64,000 nucleotides of DNA. Source: Alphaproteobacteria bacterium. GTDB lineage: Bacteria; Pseudomonadota; Alphaproteobacteria; MPNO01; UBA830. The position numbers were made by a program, and so were the translations under genes. The notes beneath the pieces were generated by a model, which was given only the letters and a program-made list of their open reading frames with translations, did no database searches and was not told the origin of the DNA. Shown piece by piece: positions 41,794 through 51,941 of this stretch (the stretch's first letter is position 1; each line of letters begins with the position of its first letter). The stretch covers positions 3,136,001 through 3,200,000 of the forward strand of contig OZ251539.1 in the NCBI GenBank assembly GCA_965243135.1. The letters are read 5' to 3'.

Positions 41794-44700
41794 ATGTCTC
41801 AGAAGACGACCGTGGCGGTTCTCGTCGCCACCGCTAATCGACCGACTCTGCTGAAAAGTCGGGCCCTTCCCTCGATCGCAGAACAATCCCGGCCGCCGGA
41901 CCGCGTGGTCATCGTCGACGATTCGACCGACGACATGGCCGAACATATCGAGAGGCTGGTCCAAGGCTGGCAACCTCCGGGAATCGCTGTCGATTTCCTG
42001 CGCAACCGGCGGACGAAAGGCGCGGCCGGCGCATGGAATTCCGGTCTGGATCATTTGCTGCGGACATGCGGCGATCCGGCCCTGCTCTACGTCGCGATCC
42101 TTGACGACGACGACCGATGGGCGCCGCGCCATCTGGAGACATGCCTGGAAGCCGCGGATAATTTCGGCTTCGAGGTGATCGCGGCGCCTTTTCGGAGAAT
42201 CGAGGAAGGCGCCGAACCGAGCTTGACGATTCCGCCGCCGAACCTCGACGAGGCGGATTTTCTGGCGGGGAATCCCGGCATCCAGGGCAGCAATCTGGTC
42301 ATCCGTCTGGACGCGCTGCTCGAAGCCGGGCTGTTCGACGAGTCGCTCGCTAGCTGCACGGATCGCGACCTGTGCATCCGTATCTCCGAGTTGCCGAACG
42401 CGCGCTACGGCGTCACGTCCGAGGCAACCGTCGATCATTTCGCCTGCGCGTCGCGGGCGCGCCTGTCCACGCCGGGTTCGGACGCCAAAATAAGGGGATT
42501 GGACCGCTTCTACCGCAAGTACCGGGGCCGCATGTCCGAAGATTTGCGCCGGAAATTCCGGGCGCGGGCGGCTCGGAATTTCGGGTGGGAGGAATCGGCG
42601 CCGAAAGCCATGAACGGAGCCGCCGCGCGCCGCGGACCATCGCCGCCGCGGTCCTCGGCGCCGCCGCAAGCGCCGCCCCATCTGATTGTCGGGATGATCG
42701 CCGACACGGCGCGACTCGAAGACTTGGGTGGTTTGCTCGCGGACCTTCGCGGCCTCGCCGAGGACCCCGAACTTTCGGGCCTCGACGTTCTGATCCTGGA
42801 GAACGGGCAAGGACGGGCGCCCGACGAATCGTTGCGGAGCCTTGTCGAGCGCAAGCGCACGGATGGCCTGCGGGTCCATCTCGTGGACCGCGCACGGCAC
42901 GCCGAGGACGCGAGAAACGCACTTGTCCTCGACGGCGGCGCGGGAGAGGGACGCAGGCTGGCCATAGCTCCCGCTCGAACGGTTCTCCAATCGTATCTGT
43001 ACGCGTTCGCCAAGCGCCGGCCCGGCGCTGTGGTATGGATCGTCGATGACGACATGCGGCTGGATCCGCTCGTCATCGGAAAGGACGGGCGATTGCGGCG
43101 GCAACCCCGGCCGCTCGCGTCGACCCTGCGGGAACTTCGCAGACTCCACGCGGGCGGCAAACTCGACATCGCCATCGGGACGTACGCCGGGGCGCCTCCG
43201 CTGCCGTTCGCGGCGACAGTGCGGGTGCAGCTCGTCGATCTGACCGCGTCGCTCCGGTTGCTGGCGTCGCTGGATCCGAAGGGGATCCTGCCGGACAGCG
43301 GCACGGAGAATGCGAATCTGCGATCCGGCCGGCGCGACTATTTTTACGACCTTTCGCGCGAGGAAACGGATCGCTTGGAAACGCCGTTCTGGATCGTTCC
43401 CGCGTTTCCGGGCGAAACCGTCGGCGAAGCCTTTGAGCGGATTTCCATGACGGCCGAACGTATCCTGGCCGGCGAGCAGATCTTCCGGCCCCTCGCGGCC
43501 ATTGCCGACGCCGACCCTCTGGAGTCGATCGGCGTGGGCCTCCAGCGCGGCGGCAATACGTTCGTGTTCGATGTCGAGGCGTTGAGGCTGGCGCCAAATC
43601 CCTCGCCAACCATCGACGGGCGGCCAAGCCGACGCTCCGACATGATCTGGGCCCTGCTGCAGGAGCGCCGCTTCGGCCGGCGGGTCGCCACCGTGCCGAT
43701 CGCCCTCTATCACGACCGCTCTCGCGTCCTTGCCGGAGAACTGGACGCCGAGCGCATCGTGGACGACGTTCGCGGCTATGCGACGTTTTCGGCTCTCCAG
43801 GACACTCTCGAATCCATTCCCGACGACGGGCGAGGCTCTGTCACGGATAGCTTCGGCCAGATCGAAGGAGGGATCGAACGCTTCACGAATCTTGCGCGCA
43901 AGTACCTTGAAGAACGGCTGGCGGCGTTCCGCCTGTCCTTCTACCGCATCCTCGGCCTGAAACGCGTCCTTCGCAGACTCGTGGACGACGGGGAGATCTG
44001 GTGGCGGGAGGAGCGGTACCGGGACGCCAGAGCGCAGCTCCGAACGTTCTGCGATCGGCTGGACCGCTTCTACGCGATGGAGATTCTGAACCGTATCGAA
44101 CGCGAAGCTGAAGCCTTGCAGGCTCCTCAGATTCGCGAATTTCTCGATCAGCTTCCCAAGGAGATCGAAGCGCATCGGAACCGACTCTCGAAGTTCCCGG
44201 CTCTGGCGCATGGTATCGAGGGCGAAAGAATCCTTAACGCCAAAGCCGTCGCTGCGCGGCTGGGCGGGTCCGCCGATCCTCTCACGGTATTGGGATGCGG
44301 CATGGAAGGCGTGGCGCTCACCGACGGGAAACGGGTGATCAAGGTCTTCGACTACTGGTGGAAGTCGTCGCACGTCATCTCGGCTCCATCGTATCTGCGC
44401 ACGCTCCCAAGCGCGTGGAAGGGCACGCGTTGCCTATATCCCATCCTCGATTTCCGTGAATGGGGATATCGCGCGGTACTGGTCTATCCGTTCGAGGTCA
44501 GCGAACCGTACTCTGGCGGCCACGGGCCGGGCATGGCCGAGTTCCTTGCCGAATGCCGACGGCATGACGTCGTTTGCCGCAACCTCCATCCCGACAACCT
44601 GCGGGTCGTCGATGGGCGGGTCCGGCTGGTCGACTACGGATCGGATATTCGTCCTCTGGAAAAGGAGCGCGAGTTCGCGGCGATGTGCCAACGGGGCTGG

Positions 44701-47043
44701 CTATGTTACCGCTGGGCGAACCGTCCCGACCTCAAATCGATCATGCGTCGGGCCCGAAACGATGCGGCCATCGCCGAACTGGATGGCTTCGAGCGGTTTT
44801 ACGAGGCGGTTCGACGGATGACGGGACTGCAGCGAACGTCGGAGGACATCGTTCTCAAGATGGCCGGTCGACCCGTGCGCGTCCTCGATTACGGGTGCGG
44901 AAGCGGCCGGCTGGCCAAGGCAATGGCGAACCGGGGAGCGCGAGTCCTGGGCTACGACCCCGACCGCGCCCATCGAGCGCGCTGGGATTCGCGTTGCGCG
45001 GCAACGAACCGGTTGCGATTTACGAGCGACCGGGACGAGGCGCTGGCGGCCGGACCGTTCGATCTCGTGATCTGCCGCCGAGTGCTCTGCACCCTCGAGG
45101 ACGATGTCGAATTGCGAGCCGTGTTCGACGACCTGCGGGCCTCGGTAAGCGAGCGCGGCCATGCCATCGTGACCGTATGCGACCCGCACTTCACGTTCGG
45201 CGGTCCGACCCCGGAGGCCGACCGCGAATTGCCGCCCGGGGCACGTTACGAAAGCACTTTCACATGGCGCAAGAGGCTGCGCGCAACGGGACGGGTGCGG
45301 CGCGACGTGCATCGGCCTGAGCGGGCGTTGCGGCGCGAATTCGCCCGTGCGGGTCTTGCGGTGTGCCGCCGTCTCGAAGTGCCGACGGTCGATCTGGAGC
45401 GGTTCGAGCCGGCATCGGATCAATTGGCGTTCGAACTACGGCCGTTGGCCCCCCTTGCCGGAAAGGTCGCGCTGATGGTCAAGGCGTGCGCGATGGAGGC
45501 GAAGACCCTCGACATCCAGCTCCGCCACCTGGTTTCGCAACTCGAAGAGCCAAGAGCGTTCGCCGAGCGGATTCTCGTGATCGATTCCCGCGAGAACGGT
45601 TTTCTCAGACAATACGCGCAGGGCGACCTGCGCAGTCTGCGAGAAGCGGCGCATCGTCTGGCGGAAGCCGGTTGGATCGACCGGATCGTAGAGGGACCCG
45701 GCGACGGCGAGGCCACCGCAGCGCTGCATCGCGCGTGGTTCGGGATTCCGTGCCCGCTGGCGCACGTCGCGACCGGTATTCAGTCAGCTTCGACGTTGAC
45801 GGGTTTCGAGGCATGCACGACGCGCTATGTCCTCCATGTAGACGCGGATGTCATGATCGGCCGTCTGGATCGCAACCACGACTATCTGGCCGAGATGACG
45901 GCGGCGCTGGCCGGAAACCCCGACGCGCTCACAGTGTCGTTCTACATCGCATCCGACCGCGACCGGCCAGTCGGCGCCGATGAAGGGTCCGGTCCATGGC
46001 GCACGGAAACGCGCGCCGGGATGTTGGATCTCTTTCGACTGCGCCGTGCGCGCCCGCTGCCGAACGCGCTCGACGGAAACCGCTTGGCGCTCCCTTGGCA
46101 CAGAGCGTTGGACCAAACCGTCCGGGAAGGGATTGGGCGCTCCTATCGGGGCGGCGACCGCCGGGCCTTCTTCGTGCATCCACCCAACGTGCGCAAGCGA
46201 GATCAGGAAGCGTGGTTCGCGACGCTCGACCGTATCGAACGGGGAACGGTTCCAAGCGTTCAGAAAGATAGAGTGAACTGGACGGGCACCGCCGAGGAAT
46301 GGTCGGGGCCGCAGCGGAACGAACCCTTCGTGTTCGTCGTCTCGGGCCGCAACGTGCCGCCGGGCCGGCTGCGCCGCTGCCTCGACTCGATGATCCGCCA
46401 GCGCGGTCCGCAATGGGGCGCCGTGGTCTTCGACGACGCATCGGAGCCGCGCTTCGCCGATCATTTCGAGATCGCCTGTACGCAGCTCGGAGCGCACTGC
46501 ACGATCGTTCGGAACCGGGTTCGGCGCGGGCTGCTGCCCAACATGGTCGCCGCCATTCGGACGATATGCACGAACCCCGACTCGGTGATCGTGACGTTGG
46601 ATGCGGACGACGCCCTGATCGGCGCGCGGGTCCTGGAGCGGCTGAACGAAGAATACCATCGGGGCGCCGACGTCACTGTGGGTTCGATGCTGCGGACCGA
46701 TCAGGCCGCCGACTATCCTGTGCACTTCGACCGGCCGCGCGAACGGCGAGGCGGCAACATCTGGCAACATTTGCGGTCGTTCAAGAAGCGGCTGTTCGAC
46801 GCCATACCGGACGATGCCCTGCGCCTCGATGGCGGCTACATCGATTTGGCCAACGACTGGGCGTTCATGCTGCCCATCGTGGAGATGGCCCGCAACCCTG
46901 CGCACATCCCAGACCCGCTCTATCTGCACGAACCTTCGGCGACCGGGAAAAGTCCGGCAATAAGGGCGGCCCGCGAAGAAATCGTGGCGCGTATCGTCGC
47001 CAAGAATCGAGTCTTGCCAGACGACGGCCGGGTCGGATCCTGA
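41794..47043 (+). CDS. 1749-aa multidomain protein: GT2 + GT-A-like + kinase-like + class I SAM methyltransferase + GT-A-like + GT2
   Basis: GT2 motifs VVIVDDS, GAWNSGL, ILDDDDRW, FDESL.S.TDRDL; WIVDDDMR (aa ~415); kinase-like LGCGMEG..VIKVFD / CRNLHPDN / LVDYG (aa ~830-950); VLDYGCGSG...FDLVIC (aa ~1030); HVDADV (aa ~1350); VFDDAS / LDADDAL (aa ~1545-1605). Confidence 0.85.
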   Translation: MSQKTTVAVLVATANRPTLLKSRALPSIAEQSRPPDRVVIVDDSTDDMAEHIERLVQGWQPPGIAVDFLRNRRTKGAAGAWNSGLDHLLRTCGDPALLYVAILDDDDRWAPRHLETCLEAADNFGFEVIAAPFRRIEEGAEPSLTIPPPNLDEADFLAGNPGIQGSNLVIRLDALLEAGLFDESLASCTDRDLCIRISELPNARYGVTSEATVDHFACASRARLSTPGSDAKIRGLDRFYRKYRGRMSEDLRRKFRARAARNFGWEESAPKAMNGAAARRGPSPPRSSAPPQAPPHLIVGMIADTARLEDLGGLLADLRGLAEDPELSGLDVLILENGQGRAPDESLRSLVERKRTDGLRVHLVDRARHAEDARNALVLDGGAGEGRRLAIAPARTVLQSYLYAFAKRRPGAVVWIVDDDMRLDPLVIGKDGRLRRQPRPLASTLRELRRLHAGGKLDIAIGTYAGAPPLPFAATVRVQLVDLTASLRLLASLDPKGILPDSGTENANLRSGRRDYFYDLSREETDRLETPFWIVPAFPGETVGEAFERISMTAERILAGEQIFRPLAAIADADPLESIGVGLQRGGNTFVFDVEALRLAPNPSPTIDGRPSRRSDMIWALLQERRFGRRVATVPIALYHDRSRVLAGELDAERIVDDVRGYATFSALQDTLESIPDDGRGSVTDSFGQIEGGIERFTNLARKYLEERLAAFRLSFYRILGLKRVLRRLVDDGEIWWREERYRDARAQLRTFCDRLDRFYAMEILNRIEREAEALQAPQIREFLDQLPKEIEAHRNRLSKFPALAHGIEGERILNAKAVAARLGGSADPLTVLGCGMEGVALTDGKRVIKVFDYWWKSSHVISAPSYLRTLPSAWKGTRCLYPILDFREWGYRAVLVYPFEVSEPYSGGHGPGMAEFLAECRRHDVVCRNLHPDNLRVVDGRVRLVDYGSDIRPLEKEREFAAMCQRGWLCYRWANRPDLKSIMRRARNDAAIAELDGFERFYEAVRRMTGLQRTSEDIVLKMAGRPVRVLDYGCGSGRLAKAMANRGARVLGYDPDRAHRARWDSRCAATNRLRFTSDRDEALAAGPFDLVICRRVLCTLEDDVELRAVFDDLRASVSERGHAIVTVCDPHFTFGGPTPEADRELPPGARYESTFTWRKRLRATGRVRRDVHRPERALRREFARAGLAVCRRLEVPTVDLERFEPASDQLAFELRPLAPLAGKVALMVKACAMEAKTLDIQLRHLVSQLEEPRAFAERILVIDSRENGFLRQYAQGDLRSLREAAHRLAEAGWIDRIVEGPGDGEATAALHRAWFGIPCPLAHVATGIQSASTLTGFEACTTRYVLHVDADVMIGRLDRNHDYLAEMTAALAGNPDALTVSFYIASDRDRPVGADEGSGPWRTETRAGMLDLFRLRRARPLPNALDGNRLALPWHRALDQTVREGIGRSYRGGDRRAFFVHPPNVRKRDQEAWFATLDRIERGTVPSVQKDRVNWTGTAEEWSGPQRNEPFVFVVSGRNVPPGRLRRCLDSMIRQRGPQWGAVVFDDASEPRFADHFEIACTQLGAHCTIVRNRVRRGLLPNMVAAIRTICTNPDSVIVTLDADDALIGARVLERLNEEYHRGADVTVGSMLRTDQAADYPVHFDRPRERRGGNIWQHLRSFKKRLFDAIPDDALRLDGGYIDLANDWAFMLPIVEMARNPAHIPDPLYLHEPSATGKSPAIRAAREEIVARIVAKNRVLPDDGRVGS

Positions 47044-47149
47044 AATGGGACGCAGCGATTTCTTCGGATAGTGCGCTTCCACGAAACCGCCGACCCGCTT
47101 TGAAGGCGCGCGAGTTGATCCTGTGTCGATCACTCAGGAAAAGAGCTGA

Positions 47150-48253
47150 GGTCAAGAATCGGGCGCAATGCGGCGGACGGGGGCGTCGACGAGCCGTTCG
47201 ATGTGATCCGCTCCAAGCTCATGCGCCTCAGCGACCACGGAGGGCAGGCGCAGTACACCCTGAAACGCGATCGCCAATCGCCGCCTTGCGTCGAGTCTTG
47301 CGAGGTCGCCAACCTCGGCCCCAAGCCGTGCACCGAACGGGAAACCGTCGGCGACCCGAAACGCGCAGATCTCGTCCATCCGATGTGCAGTTCGCCGACG
47401 AGGGACGAAGTGCGGCGAACCGTAACCTCGCCCGAGTTCGCGATCAGCTGGGAGGACGGCAACCTTCGGACGAGTATGGTCGGGATCGTGCCGGACGGCA
47501 TCTTGGAATCGCTGCCCAAACGGAGAAAAAACCGCAACGCCGGTTTACAACGCCATCGGCAAGGGAAAACTGCACCGCAGGCATCCTGAAGTGGGAATGG
47601 AACAGTATCGGGATCTTCAGGACGCTCTCGACTATCGGGAAACGGTCTGGGATGAAAGCCCCAACCAATTTCCCACCCTGATTGTTCACGCTCCCCGAGA
47701 CGCTGACCGTTGGTGGCAATACGCGATCCCTCGACACGAAAGGCCGTCGTCTTTTGAGCGTCCATTCGGCGACGAGAGGCGCCGCCACGCCAAAAAGGCC
47801 AAAACCGCCGTCATCCCGGGAAGCGGTGGAAAAAGAAATGACGGCGGTCAAAAGGGGAGCTTGGAGGGTCGCAACATCCCCGCAGGCACTATTTCAGCCG
47901 GTACAACGAGTGGCTCAAGCTCCCCGGCTGCAATATGGAGCCCGGCGACGATGAGAGCAATCGTCCTGGAAAGCGACGGTCGGCGGGAGCCGCACCGCCG
48001 GGAGACATGCCCGAAAGCCGCGGGGACTCTCGGCCTCGCCGCGGACGTCGAAGCCGCTTCTTGCGGGCCCACGCTATCGCAGATACAAGGGGAATTCAGA
48101 CTCAGCTTTCAAGTCGCCGTCAGAATCCGGCGCCGCAGGAGCTTGGATCGACTCGGCCGGGGGAAAACGCGATCCGTCTTCTCCTACCGGGGTGATCCCC
48201 GTTCCCGCTGCATGAAAACGGCAGAAGAACTGAACGAACAGCGAGGTGGATAG
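47150..48253 (+). pseudogene. Probable eroded gene(s) between the GT megaprotein and the helicase
   Basis: Short protein-like + strand segments in shifting frames (DVIRSKLMRLSD, VGIVPDGILESLP, YRDLQDALDYRETVWDE); the last frame stops at a TAG overlapping the helicase GTG. Confidence 0.35.
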
Positions 48254-50838
48254 TGGCCTTATTACGTTACCAAAACCTTGGCGTTCATCGCCCTGACATT
48301 CTTATGGAGCGGTCGGTCAATGGCCTCAAGATATTCTATGACTTTCTAACTCAAGCGAAGAGGTACATGAAGAGCGAGAGCGCCGTGAAGCGGCTCGCGT
48401 GGCGCAAGGGAAACTCCCCCGACGACATTAAGCACAAGGGGCAAGGATCGTGGGTTCAGCTCACCGAGCCCGAAGATCGGCCCGACGAACCGAATGAGAC
48501 GTTCCGTTCTTTTCTCGACGAGAACGTCGAAAAAATCTACGAATGGCAACCGACGGAGGAGCGGCAAGACTCCGCTTTACGTCCGCATGATCGCTTCAAA
48601 TCCGAACACAGAATCCGGATTCTGGATCGGCATCCTGAGACTGAACAGCTTTTTCTCGAACGCGCACCGTCGGAAAACGCACAGCTTCTCCTTGAACCCA
48701 ACACTTACGTCATCGAACGTCAGCGGCGGGCGCTACGAGCGCTTCAGGACGCGCCGACGCAGGATCACCTGCCTCTGCTGCGGCTGTTCGAAAGTCTGGA
48801 TCATGCCGATTGGGAGAACGTATCCCCAGAATACATGGGCGAAGCGGACTGGACGGTGCTGACCGACCTCGACCGTCCCGGTACGAAAGAACAGCGGCGG
48901 TTCGTGGAAACGGCTTTGGGCACGCCGGATTTCGCTTTTCTGGAAGGTCCGCCCGGCTCGGGCAAGACCACGGCCATCTGCGAACTGATTCTCCAGCTGG
49001 CGAAGCGCGGCAAAAGGGTGCTGCTCTGCGCGTCCACCCACGTCGCCGTCGACAACGTGCTTGAGCGTCTGATGGACGGTGGCAATCCCCACCGCGATCT
49101 CATGATCCCGGTCCGCATCGGCGACAGGAGAAGAGTCTCGGACAAGGCGCGGCCCTGGCAAATCGAGAAGTTCGTCAGGACAGAGAGGAAGAGGATTCTA
49201 GGCGGGATCGACCGCGCCGAACCGCTCACGCGTTCCCGAGCGGCACTGCGCGAATTGTTGCGACAAGGAGACGAAACCATCGAACGCATGGTGCTCGACG
49301 CTGCCAATCTCGTTTGCGGCACTACCATCGGCATTCTGCAACACCCGGACATCAAGAAACGCGGCAAGGAACGCCGCGGTACCGTTCCCGAATTCGATAT
49401 TCTCATCATCGACGAGGCGTCGAAAACGACATTTCAGGAATTTCTCGTTCCCGCGTTATGGGCGAAACGCTGGATGATCGTGGGCGACGCGAAACAGCTT
49501 TCTCCATATGTGGACGACGAAGCGTTGGCCGTGAATATCGAAACATGTCTCCCGGAGAAATATAGGCGTGATGCTTGCGTTGACGCTTTCCTGGCCGCCA
49601 ACGACTCTCGCCCACGCGTCGCAGTGGTCGTAACGGATTCCGAGGCGGCCAAGCGCGCTTACAAGGCTGAATGCGCCGAGCGACCGGTAAAGGTCGTCGA
49701 CAGCGATGAAGCCACCGGGGGCGAATTGTGGGACGCCTCCATCGTCATCGGCGGGAGAGACAGCTTGCAGCAAAGATCGGGCGAATTGCCCCTGGACGTT
49801 GCCTCGCTTCGTTGCGCCGACGGCGAATTTCCGGTTCTCCGTCGGCGCGTCGATGCTTGGCTGCGTCTTTCCGGGCAAGACCGGGAGGAACAATCGGAAT
49901 GGGCGGAAGAGGTCGGCTGGCGACTGGCGCGGTTGTACGAGCAGCGGTTTACCGAGGAAGACAATGGAAAGACGAGGGCAGCGCAGCTCAAAGAACAAAT
50001 CGACAATCTTCTTCCCACGGAGGGCGATAAAGAGGTCTGGAAGAACATCGACAGGGTCAGACGCGTCGCTTTGCCGTCGGTGCTTGAATCTCTGCAATCC
50101 GGCTTCGAACGCGATGACCGCCAGCGCCGCGGGACAGCGCTTTCCGACGGTCTGCCCGATCACGTATTCAGACCGCGCCATGTGCTGCTCAGAACCCAGC
50201 ACCGGATGCATTCGGAGATAGCGCAGTTCTCGCATGACCACGTCTACGACAAAGAGGCGCTCCGCACGCCGGATGACATGGATCGAGAACGAGGCTGGAG
50301 CTACGGCCGTTACGATTATCGGGCCGTATGGATCGACGTGTCGGCGGACGGCGCTTTCAGCAACAACCGCAACGAGAAAGAGGCGCGCAAAGTCGTCGAG
50401 GAGCTCCGCCATTTCGACGAATGGGCGAAGGCCAACCGCAGGAGCGACGGTTCGCCATGGAAAGTCGCCGTTCTGACGTTCTACCGCGGCCAGGAGCGCG
50501 AAATCCGGAAGCATCTGCAGCGCTGGACGGGATCGGCTTCGGCCATGCGTCATTTCCGTCGCGGACCGGGAGGTCGCACGCATATAACCATCGAGCTTTG
50601 CACCGTCGATCGTTTCCAGGGCCACGAGGCCGACCTTGTCCTGATCAGTTTCGCCAACCGGCGGTCGACCAGCTTTCTCGAAAGCCCGAACCGCCTCAAC
50701 GTCGCGCTGACCCGCGCGCGTTACCAGCGGGTGGTCATTGGGGATCGCACTGCGATGCAACGCGCCAGGAACGGCGCGCTCCGCGAGTTCGCCAAACATG
50801 AGAAATGGGAACGCGATATGGGAAGGACGAGGGGATGA
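48253..50838 (+). CDS. Upf1/DNA2-like superfamily 1 helicase (AAA_11/AAA_12)
   Basis: EGPPGSGKTT, LLCASTHVAVDNV, IIDEASK, VGDAKQLSP, LRTQHRMH, LTFYRGQ, TVDRFQGHEAD, NRLNVALTRAR; start GTG 48253 (RBS GAGGTG) or ATG 48368. Confidence 0.92.
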   Translation: MALLRYQNLGVHRPDILMERSVNGLKIFYDFLTQAKRYMKSESAVKRLAWRKGNSPDDIKHKGQGSWVQLTEPEDRPDEPNETFRSFLDENVEKIYEWQPTEERQDSALRPHDRFKSEHRIRILDRHPETEQLFLERAPSENAQLLLEPNTYVIERQRRALRALQDAPTQDHLPLLRLFESLDHADWENVSPEYMGEADWTVLTDLDRPGTKEQRRFVETALGTPDFAFLEGPPGSGKTTAICELILQLAKRGKRVLLCASTHVAVDNVLERLMDGGNPHRDLMIPVRIGDRRRVSDKARPWQIEKFVRTERKRILGGIDRAEPLTRSRAALRELLRQGDETIERMVLDAANLVCGTTIGILQHPDIKKRGKERRGTVPEFDILIIDEASKTTFQEFLVPALWAKRWMIVGDAKQLSPYVDDEALAVNIETCLPEKYRRDACVDAFLAANDSRPRVAVVVTDSEAAKRAYKAECAERPVKVVDSDEATGGELWDASIVIGGRDSLQQRSGELPLDVASLRCADGEFPVLRRRVDAWLRLSGQDREEQSEWAEEVGWRLARLYEQRFTEEDNGKTRAAQLKEQIDNLLPTEGDKEVWKNIDRVRRVALPSVLESLQSGFERDDRQRRGTALSDGLPDHVFRPRHVLLRTQHRMHSEIAQFSHDHVYDKEALRTPDDMDRERGWSYGRYDYRAVWIDVSADGAFSNNRNEKEARKVVEELRHFDEWAKANRRSDGSPWKVAVLTFYRGQEREIRKHLQRWTGSASAMRHFRRGPGGRTHITIELCTVDRFQGHEADLVLISFANRRSTSFLESPNRLNVALTRARYQRVVIGDRTAMQRARNGALREFAKHEKWERDMGRTRG

Positions 50839-51941
50839 ACAAGCATGTCGTTTTGAAAAGACGGATCGCCATACGGGGCTGGCGCGTGGTCGGATATGTC
50901 TCCAAGGCGGACAAGCGGAAGGAACTCGAGCCGATTCTGGAGCGCGCCCGCGAAACGGGCGGGACGGACGCCGATGATGTGGCCCGGCATCTGCTTTTCG
51001 AGTCCTCCCGCAAGGTCGTCGCGCAGAGGCTTCTCCGCATCGGGAGAGTATTAAATCTCCTGGAAGAAAATGGCAGAAAATATAGGCTGACCGCGGACGG
51101 CGAGAGAGCCATCGACACCGGCAATGTGTTCGTGCCGGAGCATGGCGCATGGACCGTATGGGTGAGCGAAGATCCGTTGCTCCCGTCTCCCGTCCTGAGA
51201 ATCGACGCTTGGGAAGAACTTGACGCCCTTACCGAGAGCCGGAACCGCCGGGACGCGGAAAAGAAGCGATCGTTCGAGCCGTTGCCGGACATAATTCGCG
51301 AGGTCCAGGAAACGGAAGTCACGCCGCCCGCTTCCGGAGACGGCGTCGCGGTTCGTGTCGGTGAACTGGAGGAGAACGTTGAAGCGGTTTCCTCCGGCGA
51401 ATCCCTGAACCTGATATGGAGCGTCCATGAGCGCCGATTGCGCCTGCAGGGAAAGTGGGACAACAAGACGGTCGACTTCGAACTGGAGGCTCCCGAAACG
51501 CCGCCCGACGAGTTATGGGAAGCTCTTCTTGCCGGCGAAGGGCTATTGAACGATTGGGAACGGCATGCGTTGCGCGTTTCCTTCGCGGAAACGACCGAGA
51601 GCGAACGAGAAAGCATGTCTCGCGATTTGGAGATTCCGAAGCCGTCCGTGCCCCGTTTCGGGGAATTCGAGCCTCTTACGGTTCCGGAGATAGCCATCGC
51701 GGCCCGCTCGCGCGACGATGCCCGCGATTGGTCCGCCTGGCGCCTGCGAACGCGCATCCGAGACTTCGCCACGTCGGAACGTTATGACGAGTGGCGGAAA
51801 GAGGCTGCGGCGCCGTTCGTCGAACACCGCCCGGAGCTTCCCGCCAGGGCCGAACTCGCCGCCGAAGAATGGGCAAACGCCGGCGACAGGCCCGCTCCCC
51901 GAGCATGGCATCTCGTCGCGGCCGAGGACTGGAGACTGTAA
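50835..51941 (+). CDS. Hypothetical protein, coupled between the helicase and the PLD; possible N-terminal winged helix
   Basis: ATGA overlap with the helicase stop; LLEENGRKYRLTADGERAI resembles a wHTH wing; acidic C-terminal half. Confidence 0.8.
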   Translation: MNKHVVLKRRIAIRGWRVVGYVSKADKRKELEPILERARETGGTDADDVARHLLFESSRKVVAQRLLRIGRVLNLLEENGRKYRLTADGERAIDTGNVFVPEHGAWTVWVSEDPLLPSPVLRIDAWEELDALTESRNRRDAEKKRSFEPLPDIIREVQETEVTPPASGDGVAVRVGELEENVEAVSSGESLNLIWSVHERRLRLQGKWDNKTVDFELEAPETPPDELWEALLAGEGLLNDWERHALRVSFAETTESERESMSRDLEIPKPSVPRFGEFEPLTVPEIAIAARSRDDARDWSAWRLRTRIRDFATSERYDEWRKEAAAPFVEHRPELPARAELAAEEWANAGDRPAPRAWHLVAAEDWRL

